Below are positions 15,448 to 26,418 of a stretch of DNA of 39,252 nt, piece after piece. Positions within the stretch are counted from its first letter, which is position 1. Each line of letters opens with the position of its first letter. The notes below the pieces were generated by a model. It worked only from the letters and a program-made list of their open reading frames with translations. It made no database searches and was not told the DNA's origin. Made by a program: the position numbers and the translations under genes. The stretch is from a virus, in UHGV virus genome UHGV-0390443; one strand, given 5' to 3'.

Positions 15448-18400
15448 CTATTTCATCTGCTCTTCAACTTTATTTAGTAACGGTGATATCGCCCACAGGT
15501 TCTGAAAAGGTAGCATTTTACGGACCGCGTGGGTTTGCTGGCTGTCAAATTCTCCGTTAAGTACACCATTCGCAACCGTCGCGGCATCACCGCCAAGATC
15601 AAAGGTAGGACCAAGTAAAGCACCAATAGCATTACGACTCTGAAACCTTGATACCGGAGGCGCACCAAACATCGCGCCAAGACCAAACCTACCGCCGCTT
15701 ATGTTCTCAACGGTATTCAGCGGCTCAGAGAGCCAGCCAAGCATTCCGCCCCGGTCGATCCCCTCTTTCACAAGGTTATTCCAGCTGTAGTCGATATCGC
15801 GACCGCTTAACTTCTGTTTCATCATATAGACCATTGAGCCAAGCGCAATCGTGCCAAGCGCACCAAGATAGAATGCAGCATCGCCCTGCTGGATACCAGA
15901 TACTAGCACCCTGTTATGCTGTGCGAAGATAAACGTTTTGAACTGCGTGATCATCTTCCAGCCTTCTTTACTAAAAAACAGCGGTGTATCACCTACGCCA
16001 GGCGTTACAATCACTGAGTCTACATCTTTCAGCACTGCAGACTGGAAAATCTCTCTAGCGAAACGGTCATCCCACAGATGACTATGCCCGGTTAACAGCC
16101 CGTCCATATCCTCTCCGTGCTTCCCGAATTGCTCCCCGATTCGGCGCAGAACATCTTCATTGATGCCGACCTGTGCCATCTTCCGCATTTCACTTTTGGA
16201 GAGCGTGCCACCAGCAGAAACTTGGCGAGCCGCGTCAAGTATCCTCGACTGCACTATCATCCCGGACCATGATTTAAGTGCGCTGTTCCACTGATTCATC
16301 AGCGTCCAGTTACCGAATTTCTGCGTCATCCAGTTCAGACCTCGCTCAGCGGCGCTTCTCCGGCTATAGGGGTCAGTAAGATCCGCTATAGCCTTTGTAC
16401 GCGTAGACAGGACATAATCAAGCCCAACGGCCATTTCTCGCAAATCCCTGGTTGCAATTTTCACTGAGTCCATATTTTTAAGCATGCTTACCATTGGTCC
16501 GAGAGATTTTCTCAGGCCATGCTGCATCATCGGTCGCATCAGATCAGTTGCAGCGGAGACAGTCATTCCACCAAGCAAACGGAGGAAGTTAATATTCCTA
16601 GCAACTCGCCCGGCACGAACAAAGAAACTGCGTGGATCTTGAGGTGCACCGTAAGTACCAAGCAGTCGATCACGCATAGCCGTAATATCCCTAATATCAG
16701 CCTCCCGTTGCTTCTCAAGAACTGCACGTCGTTTAGGTGTTTTAGCCTCTTTTATTAGCCGGGTATATTCCTCACTAACCTGACGGATTTGCTCCCCCAT
16801 ATCTTTACGGCCAAACTGCGCAGTCAGCTCAATTTCTGGTGCCACCTGCCGGAGATAACTTTCCATAATGTAGTTAACATCTGATTCAAGAAAATCTTCT
16901 ATACGCTCATCAGGAATAAGCAGCGTTCTGCTTTTAGTGAAACCAGCCCGACCAACGAGTCTCTCTGGGACAATATCGGCTGGTACAAGCCCGGAAGGTG
17001 CGCCTATTATTTTATTCACGATCTCGTCAGCAGCGTCCTCTGCTTCCTCTCGGGATAGAGGCTCCATCTGCTTCAGTGCTCGTTCGCGGCTTGCATTCAG
17101 CCTTGTGGTTGAATTTGCCCGTTTTTGCAGTCGGCGAAGCTCAGAACGATATTTCCGTGGATTATCCAGCAACTCCATATGGCGCTGATAGACAGGAAGC
17201 TCACTCTTTGCCTGCGCTATATCATCAAGGCGTGTTTTAAGGTCAGAGCTTTCTTTCATCATTCTTGCCTGAAGTTTTTCTGATGAAGTCTCGGCCAACT
17301 CTTTTTCTATTCTTGTAAGACGCGCCTGTGTGTCAGTCTCCTGAGATATAAGCTTATTTCGTTTATCCAGTTCTTCCATGAGTAGAATTTTTTTACCAGA
17401 CCATTTCTCCGCTTCAGCGATTTCACTAGCGAGAGCATCAGCGCGCGGTGCCGATTCCTCTGCAGTTTTTAGCAATGAATTTATCCTTTCAATTCGCTGA
17501 CCTGCTTTGTCAGCACCTTTGGCACTAATCCCTTGTATCCAGTTGGCAATTCGCCCTCTGAATTCAGTGCGGTCGGAAAGTATCTTATCGAACTTATAAA
17601 TGCGGGGAAGATAACTTTTCGCCGTCACGACATCGATATCCTCAGGAAGGATCCCCAGTTCCTGCATACGGGCTTTTGTGGTCTCGAAAATGGGGCGGAT
17701 TCTGGCGGCTGCTTGTGAAACCTCAGGAATATCACTCTGATCACCACGGCGCATAGCCATGCCAACAGCTTCATTGAAATCAATAAAGCTCATCCTCTTC
17801 ACGCCGCGGGCGCTAACAGATTTGCTGTACTGCTGGTAAGCATCACGAGTGGCTTCCATCTGCTTATAAAGCATGGCGTCGTATTGCTTAATCTTAGTCT
17901 CGACTGCCGTAAACGTAGCCAACCCCTCATCATTTTTGGCGAAGAAATAGTTATTTTCGGCAAGCTGCTGGTTAATCTGACGGGAGACAAGAGATGGTGA
18001 TTGAGCCAAGCGGCCAGCAGGAGTGACACTCAACGTTTTGTTAGCAAGTCCAAGTCCAGCGAGCTGTTCCTGATCGAGTGTGGTATTGAAAACCTGAGCT
18101 GCACCAATGCTTTGAGGAGAATCCATACCTCGCAAATGATTACCTACTGAGTTAACCACTGCCTCGCGCGCGCTAGGTCCAGCAAGTAGCTGTGCACCAG
18201 CACCAAGGATCCCACCAACGAGAGCATCAACAACAACGTTCGATACGCTCTCCATCGGTGAGCGAGCTTCCTGAGTGGCCTGTAATGCGGCTTCTGATAC
18301 TCCCCCACCAGCAGCATTCGCTAGGGCAAAACGCCCTGCCGTCTCAGCAATACTTCCTCCACGCGCTACCGCCCCTACAGGGATGAACATTGCAGCCACA

Positions 18401-18837
18401 TTAACCGGGTCTATCATTCCCATTGCTAAGCTTGAAATAGTACCAGCACCCCCCATTTCAGATAGATATTCTCTATCTGTTCTTTGCTTATCGATTCGAT
18501 GTTTAATTGCCATTGTTTCTTCATGCGAACCGGAGTTGATAAACGAATCTGCAAAATCTTCATAGCCTTTAATATCTGCTGCATCGTTATCAAATGGGTT
18601 ATATCCTTCAACCCTGTCAAACTGACTGAAAGGAGCACTGGCAATAAAGCTACCCAGCGTGTTATCTATACGAAATGCTGCTTGTCTAGACCTTTGAACG
18701 CGTTGATCACTGGTAAATGGGTTCACAGCAGAAAGCAAAGAAGGTGTTTCCATATAGAAATTACTGTCATCAGGTGCTGCTATTTGCTGAATATCCTCGC
18801 CAAGCAACTCTTTAGGATCCTGTTCATATATCGGCAT
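15448..18837 (-). CDS. Large internal virion / ejection protein (T7 gp16-like position)
   Basis: 1129 aa, coiled-coil-rich, last gene of T7-like tail-tube/core block. Confidence 0.7.
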   Translation of the reverse strand: MPIYEQDPKELLGEDIQQIAAPDDSNFYMETPSLLSAVNPFTSDQRVQRSRQAAFRIDNTLGSFIASAPFSQFDRVEGYNPFDNDAADIKGYEDFADSFINSGSHEETMAIKHRIDKQRTDREYLSEMGGAGTISSLAMGMIDPVNVAAMFIPVGAVARGGSIAETAGRFALANAAGGGVSEAALQATQEARSPMESVSNVVVDALVGGILGAGAQLLAGPSAREAVVNSVGNHLRGMDSPQSIGAAQVFNTTLDQEQLAGLGLANKTLSVTPAGRLAQSPSLVSRQINQQLAENNYFFAKNDEGLATFTAVETKIKQYDAMLYKQMEATRDAYQQYSKSVSARGVKRMSFIDFNEAVGMAMRRGDQSDIPEVSQAAARIRPIFETTKARMQELGILPEDIDVVTAKSYLPRIYKFDKILSDRTEFRGRIANWIQGISAKGADKAGQRIERINSLLKTAEESAPRADALASEIAEAEKWSGKKILLMEELDKRNKLISQETDTQARLTRIEKELAETSSEKLQARMMKESSDLKTRLDDIAQAKSELPVYQRHMELLDNPRKYRSELRRLQKRANSTTRLNASRERALKQMEPLSREEAEDAADEIVNKIIGAPSGLVPADIVPERLVGRAGFTKSRTLLIPDERIEDFLESDVNYIMESYLRQVAPEIELTAQFGRKDMGEQIRQVSEEYTRLIKEAKTPKRRAVLEKQREADIRDITAMRDRLLGTYGAPQDPRSFFVRAGRVARNINFLRLLGGMTVSAATDLMRPMMQHGLRKSLGPMVSMLKNMDSVKIATRDLREMAVGLDYVLSTRTKAIADLTDPYSRRSAAERGLNWMTQKFGNWTLMNQWNSALKSWSGMIVQSRILDAARQVSAGGTLSKSEMRKMAQVGINEDVLRRIGEQFGKHGEDMDGLLTGHSHLWDDRFAREIFQSAVLKDVDSVIVTPGVGDTPLFFSKEGWKMITQFKTFIFAQHNRVLVSGIQQGDAAFYLGALGTIALGSMVYMMKQKLSGRDIDYSWNNLVKEGIDRGGMLGWLSEPLNTVENISGGRFGLGAMFGAPPVSRFQSRNAIGALLGPTFDLGGDAATVANGVLNGEFDSQQTHAVRKMLPFQNLWAISPLLNKVEEQMK

Positions 18838-21584
18838 TATTTGCCCCCTGCGTATATATTGCTCGGAAGGTAATTGGCTGAACCATAACCGAATGGTTTG
18901 GTCAGATCTGGAGGAGTATATCCATCTTTATTGCTGAACTGCGGCAGCGGATTGCCTTCTCTCCGCACTCTAGCCTCATCAACACGCTGTTGCTGTAACT
19001 GAATGGTTTGCCTGTACATTGGAGATGTCAGCTGATCCGGCTTGAAACGAACAGGGAGACCATTTTCTCCAATATAATTTCTCGGTTCTATCGCTCCGTT
19101 TGCGTCAGGCTGTAAAACCATAACAGCATAACTCCTATCCCTTGCCGTAAGGCCATCAGAAACAAGTATTAAGTCCGTATCACTGCGAGGACCGCCAAAG
19201 GATTTTGATTTAAGCTCGCGTTTTTCCTGCTCCCACTGCCCCTGTATCCAGTTACCAGCACCATTATTTACTCCGTACAATGCCTCAGGTGCATACTTCA
19301 TAACCTCTGCTTTGCCATTAACCGTAGAAACTCCCCAGGTGGTTCTGATCATGGCATTGGTCATTTTCTCAGCCTGTTCTGCATCGCCACCTGTCTGTAC
19401 AAAGTTAGCATCGTAAATTGTCTGGTAATCTCGCTGATAGGCCGCATTTGATTTTCCTGGATCGGTAATATCCGGAGACCACGAACCAAAGGAAGTCAGA
19501 CTGCTGGCGTTATTTTGTGCAGCAGTTGCCCTCGCCGCGACATATTTTTTGTCTCGCATGGCAGTGGAAAGCATCTGTTTCATTCGGTCATCCTGTTGGA
19601 ACACCTGGCTGTAAGCCATATCAACAGCCTTATCCTCCGGCACGCCAGCGCGGGAATAATCGTAAACCTTGCCGTAAAATGCCATCGTACTTTTATCAAG
19701 TGTTGCCGCTGCCGCCGGATTATTATCGAATAACTGACCGTAGAATTTTGCCATCGGGACAACCAGCGCAGGATCTCTTGATGTTGCTCCACTGTTAAGC
19801 ATTGTTTTAACCTGAGTTGGTATCATGCCGCTTTTAGTTGTGACGGTGACCAGTGTATTGATGCTCTGCGGATCAGATATGGAAAACGAAGGCGCGATAT
19901 CCTGCGCGAAATAACGGTCTACCGCTGCCTGATTGTTTTTGTCGTTCGGGTCCAGCGGGAAGTTATTTTGCATTGAAGACACGAACCTGTTTCTTCCCTG
20001 CTGAATCTCCCACTCCCTATCCATCTCTTTAAATTTGGCCTGCATTTTCTCCCAGCGTTGCTGGTTAGCAGCAAATCCAGGAGCGTTTGGATCCTGTGGA
20101 CGTAAACGTTCAAGAATGTCTTGTCGTCCTTCTGGAGTGAGGTCTTTAGCGGCACCAATGACACCTCCATATTGTATCTGCGCCTGCATATCCTTCCACT
20201 TCATAGCGCCAATGCGCGGACCATTGGCCCGGATAAAATCGTCCTCAGAAGGTAACTTCTCAGGTTTCAATCCTTCATCAAGGGCTGAATATGCATCTTT
20301 AACTACGGTGCTAAGCTGGTCCGCATACTGCTGGCGGTACTGATTTCTCAGCTCATTAGCCTGCCTCAATGCCTGTATTTGCATTTGAGGGCTCATAGCA
20401 TCAAATGCCGCATTGCCCGTATAACGCTTAGGTGAATCAAGGTTAGTTAGACCAAGGGCTGCCGAGATACCAGTTTCAAGCTGTTCGGTGCTATAAGGCA
20501 TACTGCCATTTTCGTGTTTAATAATCCCAGCACATAAAGCAGCTAGTGTCTTTGGGTTAGAGATATCAAGCTGATCATTCTCCCCAACACCAAGCTCACC
20601 ACACAATGCCCTAATATAAGCATCAGTATTATTACCATCACTAGCCGGAGCATAGCGATTAACAATCTCGCTAACGGTGTCATAGCCTTGACGCTGGTAA
20701 GACAACATATTTTTACCCAACGCGCGGATTCCATGCTCAGGGGTAGCAAACGTTGCAAAACGTCCATCGCTACCGATCTGACCTTCCCACGGGTTAGATT
20801 TGCTCGCTTCAATATTACCAGGGTTATTATTACGTAAACCACGAGCATCCAATGAATTACCATGTGATATTGCACGACTCACACCACCAAGATCCCCTGG
20901 CTCTCCATTAACCTGAAGAAACTCGTTGTATTTTTGAGCGATATTTCCTATCCATGCTTGCTGCCCCATTTCTTCCTTGAGCTGAGTTTTCTGCTGAACA
21001 CGCCACTCATCAGGAAGCCCATGCGCATCAGCGTATTGATCAATAGATTCAAATCGCTGCTTGGCTAAATCGACAAATGCTTGGTTATCGCTATATAGCC
21101 CCGCAGACTGAGTGACAGCCAATGCATTTCCTGACAAATACGTTTGATCTTGGAATTGCTGAAACTGCCCAACTTCATATCGACGTGCCTGATTGTAATA
21201 AGACTGCATAGACTGCTGGAGTTGAAAGGATAATTTATTCCTTTCCTCACTTTCAGGGATTGAGCCTAATAATGCCTGAGCCCTTTCCTGCATATTTTTC
21301 ATAACAGCGTCACTCTGACCAAGAGCGTTTTTACCCTGTTTAGAAATCAGCCCATTTTCAGGGTTGTTAATCTGGTCATCTGCAAATTGGTTAAATTGCA
21401 GTAACGCCTCCTGGGCCATAGCAACATTCGCTTTCTGCCTGGCTTCACCATATGCCACCGCATACTGATCTGCGACATTCGCCAGCACCTGACCTGCTTG
21501 AGGAACATCGAAGGTCTGAAAACCACCGGTTTGCACACCACGACTTTGCACCTGGCGTCCGGATGTAGTAGGAACAACAGGCAT
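18837..21584 (-). CDS. Internal virion / ejection protein (T7 gp15-like position) with conserved RNNNPGNI motif region
   Basis: 915 aa; segment ARGLRNNNPGNIEASKSNPWEGQIGSDGRFATFATPEHGIRALGKNM; start overlaps stop of upstream gene. Confidence 0.7.
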   Translation of the reverse strand: MPVVPTTSGRQVQSRGVQTGGFQTFDVPQAGQVLANVADQYAVAYGEARQKANVAMAQEALLQFNQFADDQINNPENGLISKQGKNALGQSDAVMKNMQERAQALLGSIPESEERNKLSFQLQQSMQSYYNQARRYEVGQFQQFQDQTYLSGNALAVTQSAGLYSDNQAFVDLAKQRFESIDQYADAHGLPDEWRVQQKTQLKEEMGQQAWIGNIAQKYNEFLQVNGEPGDLGGVSRAISHGNSLDARGLRNNNPGNIEASKSNPWEGQIGSDGRFATFATPEHGIRALGKNMLSYQRQGYDTVSEIVNRYAPASDGNNTDAYIRALCGELGVGENDQLDISNPKTLAALCAGIIKHENGSMPYSTEQLETGISAALGLTNLDSPKRYTGNAAFDAMSPQMQIQALRQANELRNQYRQQYADQLSTVVKDAYSALDEGLKPEKLPSEDDFIRANGPRIGAMKWKDMQAQIQYGGVIGAAKDLTPEGRQDILERLRPQDPNAPGFAANQQRWEKMQAKFKEMDREWEIQQGRNRFVSSMQNNFPLDPNDKNNQAAVDRYFAQDIAPSFSISDPQSINTLVTVTTKSGMIPTQVKTMLNSGATSRDPALVVPMAKFYGQLFDNNPAAAATLDKSTMAFYGKVYDYSRAGVPEDKAVDMAYSQVFQQDDRMKQMLSTAMRDKKYVAARATAAQNNASSLTSFGSWSPDITDPGKSNAAYQRDYQTIYDANFVQTGGDAEQAEKMTNAMIRTTWGVSTVNGKAEVMKYAPEALYGVNNGAGNWIQGQWEQEKRELKSKSFGGPRSDTDLILVSDGLTARDRSYAVMVLQPDANGAIEPRNYIGENGLPVRFKPDQLTSPMYRQTIQLQQQRVDEARVRREGNPLPQFSNKDGYTPPDLTKPFGYGSANYLPSNIYAGGK

Positions 21585-22159
21585 CAGTAACCTCCTATTT
21601 TGAATCGGGAGTCAGAATTCATAAAACCTGAGTTAGATAACATTGGCGTCCCACCACCAGATGTACTTCCTTTAGAGAACGGACTCCACGTCCCACCAAA
21701 CATCTGGTACGCACCGTATGCCTTCAGAGGCGCAGTGAGCAATGTTGTTGCTGCTCCCACATTCCCCTGTTTACGGGCTGAACTGGCTTCTGCTTTATAG
21801 TTGGCAGCCTGAACCTGATAACCGTAAGCCTCGCGTTGCGCGTTATTCACCGTCGTCAGCGAATCAAGAGCGCCAAACTGGGCAGTGTCGCCAAATATAT
21901 CCAGCGCGTTACCTGTAGATAAATCAGCGCCGGTAGCCCCCATTGTCGCCGCCTGTGTACCAAGCCGCTGTCGGGTCTCTCTGCGCCGTTGCTCAGCTTC
22001 AGCGTTACCTCTGTTTATTGCATCATTTGCCTGAGCTGTGGCTATATCTGCGTTCGCTTCTGCAACCTTCGAGGCATACTTTCCCTGTTGGTACTGGGTG
22101 TATGCCTGAATGCCACTCATGACGAGCATTGCGCCACCAGCAATAACCGGATCGCACAT
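21584..22159 (-). CDS. Putative internal virion protein (gp14-like position)
   Basis: 191 aa, N-terminal hydrophobic segment, Ala/Gln-rich; synteny only. Confidence 0.5.
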   Translation of the reverse strand: MCDPVIAGGAMLVMSGIQAYTQYQQGKYASKVAEANADIATAQANDAINRGNAEAEQRRRETRQRLGTQAATMGATGADLSTGNALDIFGDTAQFGALDSLTTVNNAQREAYGYQVQAANYKAEASSARKQGNVGAATTLLTAPLKAYGAYQMFGGTWSPFSKGSTSGGGTPMLSNSGFMNSDSRFKIGGY

Positions 22160-22623
22160 TATTTTCTCTCCATGTGAAATCTGTGGAAATTAAGACCAAG
22201 TGCACCATAAGGCGCGGCTTCTTCAAGCCTGAACCCAAGCCAGTGCAGCCATGCTTTGGCAACATGGTTTCGCTCGTCGACGTAGTTTTCCAGGCGCGGA
22301 TAAACTGCCAGCATCTGCTGCAATACAGGTCGGCAGTGGCGAAGAAATGTCTTCTGATATTTTTCAATACGGCTGGTTCCGACCAGCCAGGGCGTACCAT
22401 TGCCACCGATCATTGACGCCGGAGATACGCCAAACATGGTTACCAGTTCTCCGTTCGCGAACCCTGACCAGGCCATAGTCGCAGTGCGAAGACCAACACG
22501 CAGCGCATCTTCGGTAGTCATCAGCGATACCGCATACAGTTCGTCAATATCAGCCTGACGAACATCCGGCAAAATCATCTGAAGATGCTCTTCGGTGGCG
22601 GGAATAATTCGAACATCGATCAT
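22159..22623 (-). CDS. Virion-associated hypothetical protein (gp13-like position)
   Basis: 154 aa ORF, start/stop overlaps with neighbours; synteny only. Confidence 0.5.
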   Translation of the reverse strand: MIDVRIIPATEEHLQMILPDVRQADIDELYAVSLMTTEDALRVGLRTATMAWSGFANGELVTMFGVSPASMIGGNGTPWLVGTSRIEKYQKTFLRHCRPVLQQMLAVYPRLENYVDERNHVAKAWLHWLGFRLEEAAPYGALGLNFHRFHMERK

Positions 22624-25094
22624 CAGAATCCCCCAACAGTAAGACGAGGAATAACGGCAAGAACAGACAGCGGCAACGGGTCAAGCTGACGGATTCTTAC
22701 ACGTCCGTTTTTGCCCCAGTTACTGTCCAGTTTCACTTCTACTTTTCCGGTAGCGTCATCAACAGGATCATCGTAGAACTCGAATTCACGCTGTGGATAT
22801 TCGTACCATTTACCGCCGGGCGTAGTCGCCCAGATGCCGCGACTGGCATTCACAACCAGAGTAACGGACGGGATCACCTGTTTTTTGTCCAGCAGCGTTT
22901 CCTGTCCGTTAATGTTGATATCCAGTGTTTCGAATTCAGCAGTTATTGGCAGGCCGATGTGCACAACAGCCCCCGGTGATTCCAGCGTGACGGCACCTCC
23001 GGAAACCACTTTTTGTGGTTCCACGTTCGCATCAGAGAGGATGTTTACGGTCTGGCCTTCAAGATGAGACAAGCCGCCAAATGTCCGGCGCGCCATCTGC
23101 CAGTTTGTGGTAGCCACATTCCTGAGGGATGGCGGGACGTTCCTGTTAGCACGAACCACTACTGCGGTATTGCTGGTTACAGAAATAATGTCGCAACGTA
23201 ATTCTTTTGACACTTCATCGCCAGTATCAGGATCAGTTCCGGTATAAGGGAACTGTAGTTGCGCACCGACATCACTACTGGTGAAGTACGCACCACCAGA
23301 AACACTGATTGTATATTCCGCGCGGTAATCCCATTCACCAGAACCACCAGTGATGGTCATCGTTCTGTCAGACGTATTTCTTCCATCATAGCTAAGGCCA
23401 GAATCAACAAAGAAAGCATCTTCATCGCTGGTAAATAAACGGCTGGACAGTCGCTCGATGTATCTCACTGTTTGCCCGTTAACGGTTCGGTTAACGACGA
23501 AATACACCGCATCTTCATTGCCTTCGCTGATACTGCATGTGCTTTCATATTTTCCGGTACTGGACTGTGGTGCCCATGCAAAAACCTGTTGATCACGCAG
23601 ATAGGTCATCACCAGTAATTTACCGTCATCACGAATGCAGAAGGCGCTGGAGTAAGGGACAATAGAGAAGCACCAGTCAACAATGCTGTGCTTCTGAAAA
23701 AGATGATTGGCAAGGATAGTCAGGTCGTTCCCCTGATAGCCGTCAACATCGAATGAGTAGGCCAGATCACGGACAACACTGCCTTTCTCCTGGACGAACA
23801 GAGCAATATTCGCCACGGCAATTGGTGGGACATTGCTCGAGCCATTTGATCCCTGAGAGCTGAATGCAAATGATGATGGGGTTAACACTTTGTTCTGGTC
23901 GCCGGTGATGACGTACTCACCTCCGGAAGTCAGTGCCACCAGCGAACCGACATCAATCAGGTGGCGGATCTCATTAACCTGACGCCCGGCATAGGTGTAG
24001 ATAATTCTGTCGTCATCCTGCGTAGGATTGCTTTTGCCAAAATCCTTATAATCCCCGGTACGGCTGGCCCAGATAGTCTGAGGGAACGCAGTCGATGCGG
24101 CGAAGTAAAGGCGTTGTTGATAATAAACAACAGTGCCAGGATAACCGTTAATACTGTTCCAGGCATATTTAGCCCATTTATAGCTGGCATTATCCTCGCC
24201 AACTACCTGCGAAGGGATATAGGAAATCACCTCGGCAGTTGCAGTAGTTCCATTTGCAGCAGAGATACGGGCAATGCCAAAACCACTGTGCAGATACTCC
24301 CACTCAATGCCGGTATCATCATCACCGGATCCGCCCCAGCCATCCCATGATGTGCCTTCTGTATGCGAAGGGCGCAAAGTGCCTGTTTTGCCTGCTGTAA
24401 CGGCGCGATAGTAGTTACTGTCTGCACGGCGAATATCGCCAATCGACGTACTCTTACTGGTTTCCCATACCGGCACAGAATCCACTGCAGGCTGTTCCAG
24501 ATAGAACAATTTGCCTACCTGCTCCGCGCCAAAAATTGAGGCGCTTGCCGTTAACGTAATTGTCCCGGTGCTGGCGCTGGCATAAACCGTCACTGACTCG
24601 TCAATATTGATATCTTCAAATGGCCCGTTCTTCGTTACCACATCAACCAGTTGCCAGTTGTCATGCGCATAGCGGCGCAACTCTTTCGGCGGGTATGCCG
24701 GATGAACCAGCGTAAGCACGTCTGCGCTTTGCGTGAATTTAATTCGGAACAGATCGGCTTCAGTATATGGCGTGGCAATTTCATAAATAACATTGCTGCT
24801 GTTCAGCACCAACGCACCATCTTTGATAACGCGCATGTACTGGTGTCCGAACTCCAGAGCATAAGTCTGAACCGTCGAGAACTGGAACGGGATCAGGCGG
24901 CATTTCCGATTTGGGTATTTGGCGGCACCGACAAAACGCGTACCAGGTCGATTCTCAACGCCGCCATACTGCCGCACGATAAAGTTATCGCACTTGCGCA
25001 ATGCCACCTGGTACTTCGCCATGTCGATACGACCGTACAACGACGGTCCAATCTCACCACCGGCAAAGCTGGGCTGGATCCAACTGATAGCCAT
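22623..25094 (-). CDS. Tail tubular protein B-like (nozzle) structural protein
   Basis: 823 aa, directly after a 202-aa gene, matching T7 gp11/gp12 size and order. Confidence 0.65.
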   Translation of the reverse strand: MAISWIQPSFAGGEIGPSLYGRIDMAKYQVALRKCDNFIVRQYGGVENRPGTRFVGAAKYPNRKCRLIPFQFSTVQTYALEFGHQYMRVIKDGALVLNSSNVIYEIATPYTEADLFRIKFTQSADVLTLVHPAYPPKELRRYAHDNWQLVDVVTKNGPFEDINIDESVTVYASASTGTITLTASASIFGAEQVGKLFYLEQPAVDSVPVWETSKSTSIGDIRRADSNYYRAVTAGKTGTLRPSHTEGTSWDGWGGSGDDDTGIEWEYLHSGFGIARISAANGTTATAEVISYIPSQVVGEDNASYKWAKYAWNSINGYPGTVVYYQQRLYFAASTAFPQTIWASRTGDYKDFGKSNPTQDDDRIIYTYAGRQVNEIRHLIDVGSLVALTSGGEYVITGDQNKVLTPSSFAFSSQGSNGSSNVPPIAVANIALFVQEKGSVVRDLAYSFDVDGYQGNDLTILANHLFQKHSIVDWCFSIVPYSSAFCIRDDGKLLVMTYLRDQQVFAWAPQSSTGKYESTCSISEGNEDAVYFVVNRTVNGQTVRYIERLSSRLFTSDEDAFFVDSGLSYDGRNTSDRTMTITGGSGEWDYRAEYTISVSGGAYFTSSDVGAQLQFPYTGTDPDTGDEVSKELRCDIISVTSNTAVVVRANRNVPPSLRNVATTNWQMARRTFGGLSHLEGQTVNILSDANVEPQKVVSGGAVTLESPGAVVHIGLPITAEFETLDININGQETLLDKKQVIPSVTLVVNASRGIWATTPGGKWYEYPQREFEFYDDPVDDATGKVEVKLDSNWGKNGRVRIRQLDPLPLSVLAVIPRLTVGGF

Positions 25095-25702
25095 CAGGAC
25101 AACCTCGCAATGGTAAACTCGTCAACCGGTGGCTGTGGTTCCTGTGATTCATTCTGGCTATGCGAGCCAGCACTAAGAATCACGCGATTGTACATATTGA
25201 GGGCAAACGTACCGAGGTCTGCATTCCCAGTCAGCGCCATGTTAATAGCTGCCGCAAGACGCCAGGCCAACGCCTCCATAAAAATGGCATCAAACATGTT
25301 CACATCTGAAACGCGAGAGACATACTTGAGCCATGCCTGCGGCTGGTCTGTGTAGATCAACTTTCCTGTTCCGTTGGTGTCTGCACCAACTTCGTACTGA
25401 ACGCGCATTGCTGCTGTTGGATTGCGTACACCAGGAAGCATAATTTCAGTAATGCGCAGACAATCGGACGGGTACTGGTACGCATATTCCCAGTCAGGCG
25501 GTGGATTGCTCGTATCTGCAAGCGCCACGCGTTTGGTAGCAAAGTTCCAGTCAAAATCAGAAAGAACAGCATCACGGCAGGCCTCAAAGTGCAGCGAACA
25601 TTCACCCGCTTCCTTGCTGGCTTCCGTCAGGCTGTTAATACTGCGGCTGTTGCCAATATTGGACAGCGCACGATTACAGATCTCTACTACAGAGGCCATC
25701 AC
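25094..25702 (-). CDS. Tail tubular protein A-like (adaptor) structural protein
   Basis: 202 aa; position and size as T7 gp11. Confidence 0.6.
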   Translation of the reverse strand: MMASVVEICNRALSNIGNSRSINSLTEASKEAGECSLHFEACRDAVLSDFDWNFATKRVALADTSNPPPDWEYAYQYPSDCLRITEIMLPGVRNPTAAMRVQYEVGADTNGTGKLIYTDQPQAWLKYVSRVSDVNMFDAIFMEALAWRLAAAINMALTGNADLGTFALNMYNRVILSAGSHSQNESQEPQPPVDEFTIARLS

Positions 25703-26028
25703 TCACCTCCGTTACCGTACAGAGTTTCAGCCGCTGATTTTTCTACATCCCTGGAAACAGGAGCGATCGCCATATCAGTGATCTGCAGATCGGCGCTGCG
25801 ATTAACACCATCGTCAGTTTCTCTGGCAGACAGGCCTCGAATAACAGCCTTTGCAGTTATCATCACTTCTGTTCCGACGCCCTGAGGTTGCGCCTTCAGC
25901 TTATTCAATGTGTCGTTATTAAGAGTGATGCACAGCCCCCACGGGTATTCATCGCGAGTTCTGGTTTCTCCGCTCTCATCCTGGTAGCTGTCAGTGCCGG
26001 TTTTGAGGTTTACGAGTTCCATATACAC
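25699..26028 (-). CDS. Hypothetical virion morphogenesis protein
   Basis: 109-aa ORF coupled to downstream gene. Confidence 0.5.
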   Translation of the reverse strand: MYMELVNLKTGTDSYQDESGETRTRDEYPWGLCITLNNDTLNKLKAQPQGVGTEVMITAKAVIRGLSARETDDGVNRSADLQITDMAIAPVSRDVEKSAAETLYGNGGE

Positions 26029-26072
26029 TCCTGCAATAAAGGGGCCGAAGCCCCTTGTCGGATTCGCGAGGC

Positions 26073-26417
26073 TTACACGCCCAGTTCTTTACGCTTATCT
26101 GCGATCTTCTCGCGGAGCGTTTCGGCTTTAGCGTTATGGTGTGGCTTCTCGTTAAAGAGCAATTCGTACTCTTCACGGAGCTTATCCAGTTCACCATCAT
26201 CTGACACATCGTTGATGATTTTGGTGCTGGTTGCTGCCATAGACACCTTTCCTGCTACCTTTGCTTTTGCCTGTCTGGCTGCATCGTTAACAGGTTCCAG
26301 TGCGCTACCGGGCTCACCTTCGTATTCGATTTCTTCCCCCTCCGGCCACAGTGTGTTATGGATATGAGAGAGGCGCAGAACGCGGTATCTTGGTTTCTCA
26401 CCTGACATCGATATCAC
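26073..26417 (-). CDS. Hypothetical head-module protein
   Basis: 114-aa ORF, acidic C-terminal half. Confidence 0.5.
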   Translation of the reverse strand: MISMSGEKPRYRVLRLSHIHNTLWPEGEEIEYEGEPGSALEPVNDAARQAKAKVAGKVSMAATSTKIINDVSDDGELDKLREEYELLFNEKPHHNAKAETLREKIADKRKELGV

Positions 26418-26418
26418 C

